64,000 bases of DNA from Tubulanus polymorphus (taxonomy: Eukaryota; Animalia; Nemertea). Shown piece after piece: positions 12,801 through 24,800 of the stretch. The first letter of the stretch is position 1. Every line of letters begins with the position of its first letter. Where the stretch lies: contig NC_134027.1 in NCBI RefSeq assembly GCF_964204645.1, positions 21,042,560 to 21,106,559 of the forward strand. The letters run 5' to 3'. Below the pieces are notes generated by a model. The model was not told where the DNA came from. It did not search any database and was given only the letters and a program-made list of their open reading frames with translations. The translations under genes and the position numbers were made by a program.

Positions 12801-15800
12801 TCGAACCATACATAATTTGTAGTGTTTCTCAGATACAGTCACACCCACCGAAGTCAAGAGATTTTTTAGCCAAAATTTCTACATAAATCTGATTTAATGT
12901 TTCGAACGATTTACTATATACATGTAATGATTGATTTGTTCCATTAGTCAGACGAAACTGCCCGTTCAAAATAGATCCAAATTGAATGGATCTTTGCTGT
13001 ACGTTTCGTAGTGGGAAGTTCAAAGGTTTTCTCGATGATGAAAGAGACGTTCAGAATTAGAAATTACTTAGTAAAGAATCCGTCCCACATGAACGAAGTA
13101 TCTTCGTGATGGCGGCTGAGCTGATTGAAATTTTCGAACGGATCTCTTCGTTTCGGATTCAAATCTTCGTAAATACCTAGAAAAAGATCAATCACGTGTC
13201 ATTTTGGTTCATATTGATTTCGAATCACAAGCACGGTAAAACCTGCTTAATTTGTTGCTGTTCAATTGATCAAGGTTTCATCTAACCCTGACATTAATTT
13301 AACTCAATTTGTCAGAATTAACAGTGAAATATGGAACAGTCTCCTGTACGGTAGACGCAGCTTCATGCGGATCATTAGGGAACATTAGGGTAATCAATCA
13401 GATTCATGTGAGACCTGCATTGAACTGATCCGCATTAAAAGGTTTTAAGGCTGGTTTTCACAGGTAGTTTCCACCTAGCTTTTTCGTGCAACTTTTTTCC
13501 ACTCCTTGAAAATGCTCTGAGCCGAAATGTGTAAGGATTTGAGTACCAGTGGCAGACGTTTTCATGAGCCTAAGCAGTAGCTTTTTCCTGCTGCTCCATT
13601 TTTTTCCAGCACAGGGCCAGTTTTTTTGCCGCTTTCTACAAAGCTAGCTGGAAACTAATCATGAATACCAGGCTATAGTGTATTATCAAGTCACTTACAT
13701 CCCATTTCATCTGTCGAGTCACCGCAGACAGGAACACCATCGCACTTTTTAATGATCGGATAACACCTTGTACCAGAGCCTTTCTGATAGGTCAAACACG
13801 GCAATAATCCTTGAGATATATTACATCCTCCTGTATAAATAAGACGGCATGAACAGTGGGTCAAAATTTGTTGTCATATTATAATATTAGCGATCGGCAC
13901 AGTTCTGACAGGGGGTGGTTTACTCACGGTGAGAGCCAGTAACATTTGCATCAGTAAATGCGAACAATCCAGCATACTGAAATATACAAACAACAATCAC
14001 TACCTCATAATCCAAATCAAATGCCAGCAACTAGTTCTGAAGTAGATCTTAGGAAGAGAGTTCAAATATCCGAATAACCATAGAAGCGATAACATTAAAA
14101 ACCTCATTTTCTAATGAGTAAATACAGTTTATTAACACGAACGTTTTCGGGATCATATCCCCTCATCAGGTGAAATACAAGTGAATCAAATGATTAAACT
14201 ACAGGTTTATATACAACATAAGTTACAAAATTACAAGTGCTAAATTCTAAGCTAATTACAAACCAAGTATTTAATTACAAACTAATTATTTGAATACATT
14301 TAGGATAAAGGATGAGCCGTTTTGAAATAATTGTTGATTTAAAGAGGGTCGTTGCGCTTTAATAAACAGGGCCTCCCTAATTTTACAGTCGAGATCAGAT
14401 GAACCTTTGTCCAGAATTTTGAATTTGTTGTTACTGAATTCCTGATCACAAGTGTGACAAATTGCGAGATGTTGTCCAATCGCAGAAGTCTTTGATCTGT
14501 GTTCCTTAATCCTGATGGCCAAATGTCGTTTAGTTTTCCCAATATAGGAAGTGTTTATATCACATAAACAATTAAATTTATATATGACTTTAGCCTTCAG
14601 CGATTTAGGGGTAGCACATTTCAAAGAGAAAAAATTCTTAATTTTGGTCGTAGTGAATGCACATTTCAAGTTGATTTCAAAATTCCTTTTAAATAGATAT
14701 TTTAATTTTCGGGCAAATAGGATTGACGGGTTACCAATATACGGTAATGAAATGAATAGATCAATACCATCTTCAACAGGTTTCGGTTGAGGTTCTGAGT
14801 TCTGTTTTGATTTCAAAAATCTATTAATACATTGATCGATGACATGAATAGGAAACGCATTAGATTTAAACAGATTTTTCAAGAAATTGATTTCTTCTGA
14901 AAAGATGGTCCAATCACTGCAAATATTGTAGGCACGAAAAAGCATGGTATTGCATGGAATTACGAATCTGCCCGAAGTTTTTATTATTCAAACCTCCGAA
15001 ACTGAGAGCGTATGCAAGTAATGATAATCTCAAACTCGAAATCTTGAAGAATCAAATCGAAAATGTTAAAACCGAATTATCTAAAACCAACAGTAAATTG
15101 AAGAAAATCAAATCCGATTTATGCGAGAAATTGACCTGGATTCAAACAATCATTTGGCTCACTAGACTTAACCAGAAAGGCAGGAAACTAACTTCGGAAA
15201 CACAGCAACGTCATGAACGCAAGCTTTTAAACTTGTGGAAAGATCAGCGTCACCCAGCACCGGATTGCTTAATCAATAGATCAAATTATCAACTATCCCT
15301 AGAAGAAACTGAGATACTACGTTACGGCTTAAAGCATCACATTCTTCCGAAAAATATCAACGAAATCGACCTTAAATCACGTATTGAAAAAACTGTTTAC
15401 CACAAAAATAGGACTATATCTGGCGGCGAACCGAATGTGAATAACTCTTTCCTTGAAAGTATTAGACATGCGACCATCTCATTTATCAACAGCGCTAAAT
15501 CAGTATGTGGCTCGACCTGGAACCGACGTTTCTACCGTACGATTGAAAAACTTCGAAAAAACAAGGACATTAAGATCTGCTCATTTGACAAAGGCAACGG
15601 CATTGTTATTTTGGACTCTAACGAATATTTCGATAAATTAGATAAAATTGTATTTGATAAAAGTAAATTTACTGAAATCAAAAATGTGAGAAAGAATCAC
15701 CCTGTCATATCTAATGAAACCAAAATCTGCGGATTTCTGAGAAAACATGTGAAACAGTATGTAAGTTCAGAAATATTTGATTCTATCTACCCAAGCGGTA

Positions 15801-18800
15801 GCCAACCTGGTAAATTATATGGTTTGTGCAAAGTGCATAAAGATAACTTTCCATTTCGACCCGTTGTATCAATGATCGACACTGCTGAATATAACCTGGC
15901 CAAATATCTCGATAAAATCATTAAACCACATATACCGTCTAAATTCATGTTAAATAGCACTTGGGAGTTCCTTAAAAAACTGAAACAATTCGTTTTTAAA
16001 CCTTCTGATATTCTAATAAGTTTTGATGTAGAGTCACTTTTCACTAATGTTCCATTGAAAGAAACCATTGATATAGTTTCCGATTATATATATGCTTCCG
16101 ACTCTAAACCTACATATGATCAGGCTACATTCAAAGAATTACTTAAAATCGCAACTTCGGGTTTGTTTATGTACAATGATCGTATTTTCAAGCAAGTTGA
16201 TGGGGTCACCATGGGCAGCCCCTTAGGCCCAACCTTAGCGAACTTTTGTCTTGCCCATTTTGAAAACTTGCTCCTCTCCAAAACTAATTACAAACCGACA
16301 TTATACCTGAGATACGTGGACGATATTTTCGGCATATTTCGAAATGTATCCAGTTATAGACTATTTTTTGAAGAATTGAATCGCCTCCATTCTAACCTTA
16401 AATTCACTTTTGAACTAGGTCCTAATCTATTACCTTTTCTCGATACCGAAATACAAATTCCGTTAGAAACCGGTAGTGACTTTATATCTCGAGTGTACAG
16501 GAAAGCTTCCAACACAGGCCTACTTTTGAACTTCAACGCCATGTGTCCGTATAAATGGAAAATAGGACTCATCAATACCATGCTTTTTCGTGCCTACAAT
16601 ATTTGCAGTGATTGGACCATCTTTTCAGAAGAAATCAATTTCTTGAAAAATCTGTTTAAATCTAATGCGTTTCCTATTCATGTCATCGATCAATGTATTA
16701 ATAGATTTTTGAAATCAAAACAGAACTCAGAACCTCAACCGAAACCTGTTGAAGATGGTATTGATCTATTCATTTCATTACCGTATATTGGTAACCCGTC
16801 AATCCTATTTGCCCGAAAATTAAAATATCTATTTAAAAGGAATTTTGAAATCAACTTGAAATGTGCATTCACTACGACCGAAATTAAGAATTTTTTCTCT
16901 TTGAAATGTGCTACCCCTAAATCGCTGAAGGCTAAAGTCATATATAAATTTAATTGTTTATGTGATATAAACACTTCCTATATTGGGAAAACTAAACGAC
17001 ATTTGGCCATCAGGATTAAGGAACACAGATCAAAGACTTCTGCGATTGGACAACATCTCGCAATTTGTCACACTTGTGATCAGGAATTCAGTAACAACAA
17101 ATTCAAAATTCTGGACAAAGGTTCATCTGATCTCGACTGTAAAATTAGGGAGGCCCTGTTTATTAAAGCGCAACGACCCTCTTTAAATCAACAATTATTT
17201 CAAAACGGCTCATCCTTTATCCTAAATGTATTCAAATAATTAGTTTGTAATTAAATACTTGGTTTGTAATTAGCTTAGAATTTAGCACTTGTAATTTTGT
17301 AACTTATGTTGTATATAAACCTGTAGTTTAATCATTTGATTCACTTGTATTTCACCTGATGAGGGGATATGATCCCGAAAACGTTCGTGTTAATAAACTG
17401 TATTTACTCATTAGAAAATGAGGTTTTTAATGTTATCGCTTCTATGGTTATTCGGATAGTTCTGAAGTTCTAAATTAGATTTTGGCTTAGCTTCAAGCTA
17501 TAATCAATTCAGTTGCTATGATTCAAGTCTGTAGTAAAATTTTTCAAACAAATTTTTCACAACCCTTCACAACCCTTTCAACTCAAAGTAGAATCCTCAA
17601 AATTTAACATTGCAACTAAAAGTTTTGGGGGCTCAGCTGCTCAAAGTCCTTGGATAACTGACATGGAGACATTCAAAACCGGCTTGTTACCATAGTAACC
17701 CGAGCAACTAGCCCCAGTTGATACACATATATACATATTTGTTTACCTCAAACGTAGTGTTGGCATCCACTCCGTAAGTTGGCGATGGGAAGTAAACAGT
17801 ATGTTTCAACTCATCTGAATATCTCCAGGTGTATGCGAAACTTTTATTAGCGTGGCTGTCGAATGATGACAGTTCATCGATTATCTGAAGTAAAACAAAA
17901 TAGAATCTTCCTCAAAGATCTGGAAAAGCCAGGATGCAGCTCTTTCTCAATCTATCTGTACCCAGCCTGATACTTGACTGTCTGTAACAACTCGCTCAAA
18001 TAATTCTGCTGTCTGTACCCTCCATCAGCTGTCTGTACCCTACAACCTGCAGACAATCTGCCATCTTTAACCACCCTCCCTCCAGAAATCTGCTGTGTGT
18101 AACCACTCCCTCAGACAAATTGCTGTCTGTAACCACCCTATCCCTCTGACAATTCACTGCGGGTAACTGCACCCACCCGCCAGACAATCCAGACTCTATC
18201 GCCATGCTCACTGGTCATCAACACTTCGCCGCGTTTCCTCCGTATGGACCTAAGGAAATCTTATTCGAAAATGAATTCTCTAATTTTTCCCCTTGACCCG
18301 ACTGGACATTCTATAACCATTCATGGAAAATCAGATACAGACTTCAACTAACAGATGGCAATTGTCTGAAGGGGTGGGTACAGGCAGCTACATCATAAAT
18401 TCTAATTATACTTCGTACTAATTATACTTACATCCCACTGCGTTAGGAACGGATTACCACCATGTATATACTGATCTCTGTCTATACCGGAAAATGAGAT
18501 AAATACTCCGGGATCCGTCATTCCAATAATCTCTACTGTATGACCGCTGAAATCTTTGCCTTTATTGATTTTCAAATCGACCTTGAAAATAAAATGCAAA
18601 CTAAATCTCGCACCTGCTTGAAAGGACTACGTCGACTGTATGACATACACAAACGACCAAGTCATGACTTTCAAAAACTCCTTCCTAATTTGAATTCAAG
18701 AAATGGATGAAACTTAATAAATGCCCCTCTAACCAATTCCACAGTTCTGGGTTAAGATTTGACACTACTGAGGTTTACAACATTGGAAGTGATCTCAATT

Positions 18801-21800
18801 TTGCTTGGATGTAAACCCAACAGGAAACTGCAGAACCATGACCTGACCATTACATTACGTAACTTTGTCTCCAAAAAATGTCCATCGAAAAACTGTGATA
18901 ACAAAACGCTTCGAATGTTCCCAAGACTTACGTGGTACATGCTGGTTCCGTTGACGAAGAAATTCAAAGCATCCACGACCACTTCAGCATCTGGCCTGAT
19001 ATAGTACGCGACGATATGAGCCATCGGAGACATATCTCGCGATAAGGCGACCGAAAACGTTTTCACTTTCGATTCCATATTCAACCGATCCCCGATAATA
19101 ATTCTGCCGCCGGAAACGATCTACAAAGAAGTTGTTGATTCCATTTTTATTCAAAAGAACAGCGCAGTTTGGATTCGCTCCTTAACTTGTCTAGCCCTTG
19201 TTATTATGATCCCGCAAAGGAATTAAAATCAAATTATTTCTGTGATTTTCTTCCATCTTTATTGATAGTTCTATTCTTTTGATGTGTTCTTTTGATTTAA
19301 GTGTATGGAAAGGGATAAACCTACGGGTGTCCTCTTTATAAATTATGATGCGTTAATGTTCCATATTGAAATTATGTTAACATTATCATTACTATGTTAA
19401 ATTATGTTTACATTTGAATACTTAATGAGAAATTCATACATTCATTCAAACTCTGCAAACACAGAATAACAATTTGGATAATGTAGTCACCTAATGAAGC
19501 CGGAAGCCTGCAAGACGTACCTGGTAGTAAATCTGTTTCGTGTAGTGACTGCTCTGTATTTGGAATATCATGTATTCGTTGACTTTAGGCGCATCCGTCA
19601 TCGTGCTGATCTGAATGTAACTGTTGGTCGGCGAGTAAGCTTTTACCGCTTGCTGTTCAGCTCTTTCTTCGTTATCGATAGCGAAATAGGCCTGCAAAAT
19701 ATTTACGTATACGTATATTAAGAGCAAACTACATAAGAATTTTCAGTTGATTGTAATTACAAAATATGCATGGGTACCAAATTGAATATGATTCAATATT
19801 GAATATTCAACTCCCCTTGGGGAGCAAAAAAGACATGGTTTTCTAACTCTTAATTAAGGGATTGCCCCTCTTATTTATTTGATTTGGCATCCGCTACAAA
19901 CCCACCACACCTAAAGGGAACAAAACAGGTATGATTTGGGGTTAGGTGTCTCATGACAATGCAAAAAATAGCAATATACCTGTTGATATTTTCCTTAACA
20001 AAATTTTGTAAATACTCGTCTGATAGGCCTACATCTAAGACCCAAACTTCACACATGTTGAAAGTTACGAAACAATGTCTTCAGGCTAGAAATAATGTAC
20101 GTACCCTTAATGTAAACATTTCCTCTCTATCCGTAGGTATGAATGTGTATCTGATGATTCCGTCATTGGGAATATTGATTCGTTCCTCGATCATACCCGA
20201 CGATCCTCCCCCTGATCCTCCAGCCATTCGCTGTATACGCACAAACTGACCCGAATACGCCGGCATCGGTGCGCCATCTAGCCGCGCTACAGCCAACTAA
20301 AAGTAACACGGGAAACACATTGACGGGATGGGTGCAGGTGCAACATAATTCTTCAAGCATAAAACGAAATGATCATCTTTTGATTGTTGTACTTAATGTG
20401 GTGAAGGAACTAAGGGCTTGCAGCCATTTTCGCCATGACTGACGCCATATTGGTTGGCAAACACAACAAAGAATTTACATGATAAAGTAAATCCCTGTTT
20501 GTAAATCACTGATTATCGTGCAAGACCTCAAAAGCAATACTAGAAATGCCTGCGTTTAGTTGATTAAAACCACAGCAAATGCTGCACAATTCGAAAGACC
20601 TACACAACAAGAAGATTCACTACATAGATAGATGCCAAAATGGCCACCAGTCAGCCATATTTGATATTATTGTAAAATCAACGCACGCAACTACATACCA
20701 AACAGTTGTACCAAGATTCATGAAAATAAAACCTAGTAGTTAACATCGCAAGTTTAATGTACTCAACAGATGCCAACAAGGCCAAGCCAACAGGAGGTAA
20801 TATTAATAACCAATAAGTTGAGTTAAAACTTTTTGAAACGTGGCCCATTATCTAGTTTCCCCTGGGTAACTAATAACCCAGTTGACTACAACAGATGTCT
20901 AACTCAATTGAATTGAGTAAGTTAACCATCAAGAGTTTATACCAGTTAAAACACCACCCTACGCTTTTTATTACAATCAATCCGATGTATACTCACGTAA
21001 GCCGTGAAAATCATTCCAGGTTTAAAAGTTCGAACTTTTCCACCGAGGAACGTCAAGTGAACCTCGCTGCCGTAGATATACGAATACGCCCAGCTCGTTT
21101 GATTCTCGAGTAGAAACCAATCGCGAACCGTCGCGTTCACCCAGACCTCGTGATTCTCCAGCTCGTCCGTTCCGGTGACGTAGCGTAATTCATCCATCGT
21201 GAAAAACATTTCGTGTCTGCCGCTTGTCTGTCAGAATGAAACGATAACAATGAAATATTTCAAATATCCGGGTTTCTCGGAATAGGGTACCGGCACACAT
21301 CAGATAGAGCATTTACAGGGCTGCCAACCTCTAAAAAGTGCTATCAGTAACGAATTGAACTTTTTTCAGTAACATTTCCTCGAAATATGTAAGAAAATGT
21401 TCAAACTAATCGGTAATCGGTAGTAAGACCCTCAGTAGCATCTTTCATATTTCTGTATGAATCAAACAAATCAAATCAGTATTTCTCAATATAAAATAGT
21501 AACAGATACTGAAAAATCAGGAACAGTAGGCAGCTCTGCGTGTAGTCGAAATTAGTTCATTTTCCATCAAATTTGAACGGGATTTTTAGGTAAAAGATTC
21601 GATACATTATCCAACGAGATTGAATAATATGTTCACCATTAACGAAACACTTACAAATTTTACATCGCGTTGAATCGTTTTAGGTTCAACCGGTTGAGCG
21701 GAGAAATCACTTTTGCCTTGTCGACGAACGATTGTCAAATACACAGTGGCATTACCGCGAACTGGATACCCAGACGTTAAACTGAAAATATTGATTATTT

Positions 21801-24800
21801 TGCTAATGAGGACCTACTTTCAGCTGACCACAGAGCCGATTCAAGAATCGCAAATCAGCTTTACAATTCTTTACTCAACTTTATTAAATGATTTTATGAA
21901 GTTTAAATTCTGATTCTTTTTCTTCATTGAAATGGAGTGTACGCAACTCTCTAAAAGCATGACTAACGCACTCAGCCCCACATAAATGGATTTTGAAGAA
22001 TCAGTTGGTTTTATCAAAATTCCCTTACGATAAATACTTTATCTCGCCCTCTACTACAGGTCCCGAGACTTTCGACAGCTCTTACTTTCGACTCACTTTG
22101 GCTGCCTCTACCACAGCCCCTAGTACTACAGCTACCCAGACTTTCTTTAGATCGCTGTACTTAATTAATATGGCACCCCAGACTAACTACAGATCCCCTT
22201 ACTTACTTAGCAGTAATAATGACAGGTAAACCAATTCCATTGTCACGAATGTAGGTAGGAGTCGTAACATTTACATCAAACCTTGGACGGACTGTTCACG
22301 ATAGGAAATACGAAACAAAATCTTAAAATAAGTTCTACTCACAGATATCAAGTTAAGCCCATTTACAAGAATTCTTGCGGTAACTTTTTTCCAATTTACT
22401 AACAGAGTTCATTGTACGTATTGGAGTTACAGTGACATGGTTATTATGGTAACACAATGATTGTATAATCTAAGACAACTCTCCTGAACTGATAAATTGC
22501 CAAACAGGACATCAATTCGATTTATCTGAATTACTAAATATACTTACAATATTCAATGACTTTAAAATCATTTGTATATGTGCTTCCCTGAAATATGAAT
22601 TTAAAATTTTGTGAGCCCAATATCTGAACAGCAAGGTAGAGTACAGGGCCTGTGAGCTCTTTGATAAAAGGGGCTGGTACCGGTAATAACTGGTTTAAGT
22701 TATCCAGTGGATAACTAGTTTAGTGAGTATCAAAGCTGCATTGTAACTGAATTTGTCCACTCATTACCTATAATCAACCTCTGAGCAACTGGTCTAGCAG
22801 GAAAATAGGAAAGATAAGGGTCAGAAATTATGAAATTTTCACTACATGTACTTACAAAAGCTTCTAACATGATTTGCCATGTTCCATAAGCAGGTTGATC
22901 GGATAAATCGAACGACATACTTATTACACCTGGAAAATGAAATACAGAATCAGTTAAAATAAACTAATCCAGTTCATAGTACAAAAGATGACAGATCTTC
23001 GCCAATATTTGCAAGGGCTGGATGGAATAAGCAACCTATGGTCTACTTAACCTAGGCATGTAGTACAATCATTTTATTCTAAATGATTCCCGCGAAGAAG
23101 TTCCTCTTTAAGTTTTAGAAGAAATTTTTCTATCTACATGTACATGTTTCTAGACAACATGCGGCTTGCGTCGAAAAAATGTCTATTTAGACAAAATTTT
23201 CAAAATGAAAACCATCTAAATATATATGGTACATAATGTGTATGTATATAATTCAACAACGAAATTATGTAAGATATAATATCCTGTTAAGTTTGAACAA
23301 GTGTTTAAACTTCAGTGTAATAACATGCAAATTTCTTAAGAGTGCTTGAAAAAAGTGCAGAGTGCACAGGAATATCGTGGTGAATATTTAGTCAAAACTG
23401 CTCCTGCTCTGATTCAATTATAACCAATCGCAGACCTTACATAGCTAACGTTTTCATAATTTGATAGAGCCAATCACTCAATGATCAGCTAGCCATGAAT
23501 CAGAGCCCATGTTCTGAACTGGATATACATGCAGGCCTAAGAACAATTATTATTGTATCTCCGGACAAGCCAATTGTTGGATCAATTGTTTAATTTGCGT
23601 CATTCGGATCTTGGTTCCCCAAAACTAACCCTATTGAATTGTTCAATTAACCTCATGATGGGATGGCCTTATGAAGCGTTGCCCGCACACTGTAAGCAGC
23701 AGCCAGCAGGACTGGTCGTCACTGCTAAACTATATCTGTACTTCGATTTCCGATTTCAAAATCAAACCCCCTGTTTCGCTCCCGGCAGGTGTGGTGGGTC
23801 TGTAAGGGACACTCAATCAAAAAATCTAACGAAATTTACAAACCAAATAAACAACAGGGACTATCCCTATTTTAAGATCAAAATATCCAACTGCGGCACT
23901 GAGGTCACATATATGTATTGCTTATAGTCAGATATTATCTCAAATGACTGGATAAAACTTAAAGTATTATGCGTAGATAACTGAACAGAAAGAACAGTAA
24001 CAACAGATAGAATGAGAAAGTGCAGATCAAACTCATCTCAGTCACAAACACTCTATGAACCTACTGCCTACAATTAAAAAGGTTTAAAAAAAAACTGACA
24101 ACAAACAAATCCTATAAAAACTGAAAATCTAATCAAACAGATCCAGTTGCACCACAGTTGCGATCGACCAAATAGGGATCATATAAACTGCTAATGATTT
24201 GGACCCAGTTCCACAGTTTTAAGCAGGCTATTCTCCCTGCCCTAAGTATTGCCGGGGCTGTTAAAATTCTCCTGAGTTGGAAATTGCATAACTTGAAAGT
24301 GTTTAAGCAGAAAGCATCACGAGAAAAGGAGGAGTCTATTGTATAGAATATCACTCAAGAATCAATCAGTTGATCTTCGTTGTTTGGTGTTGATGATTGG
24401 CACTTAAATTATCATCGCACTCCTAGACTAGAATCTTATCTACTCATAACTGTGGAGTCGAGTCCAAAATTATTTGTTCATAACTGATATGACAGTGGCC
24501 ATGGGCCAGGCTCCACTTCACACTTAATAACTGCCCGACAATTGGAAAAGCTTCATGTTTAAGCAAATAGACTTGAGAAAATTTCTATTTAAGCAATGTA
24601 TATTCCTTTTCTATACTCCTTTTAGCCAATTGGATCTTACTCTCATTTCAATCAAATACTGGTATCAGTGAAAAAGATTCTAGTGTAATAAGGTCAATAA
24701 GCACAGCAAAGCAATCGGAAGATAGGCTCACTAGTTAAAATACAGTATAACTCGTTCAATTCGGATTTTCACTTTATTTCGTACTAAAATTCCAGTCCCC

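Larger units (their letters stand above)
14067..17458 (+). mobile_element. Penelope-like retroelement (Penelope/Poseidon type) with inverted pseudo-LTR, in intron 14 (coding-exon numbering) of the Mcr-like gene
   Basis: 14067-14952 is the reverse complement of 16573-17458 (886 bp). It encloses a 761-aa RT+GIY-YIG ORF, with a hammerhead core and AATAAA in the 3' UTR. A 12-bp direct repeat TAGTTCTGAAGT lies at 14032-14043 and 17457-17468 (possible TSD, offset by 23 bp on the left). Confidence 0.96.

Noticed and set aside
14286-14945. Independent stand-alone GIY-YIG nuclease gene
   Set aside because: It is the inverted duplicate of the PLE 3' end; the ATG is an internal Met lying next to the inversion junction.
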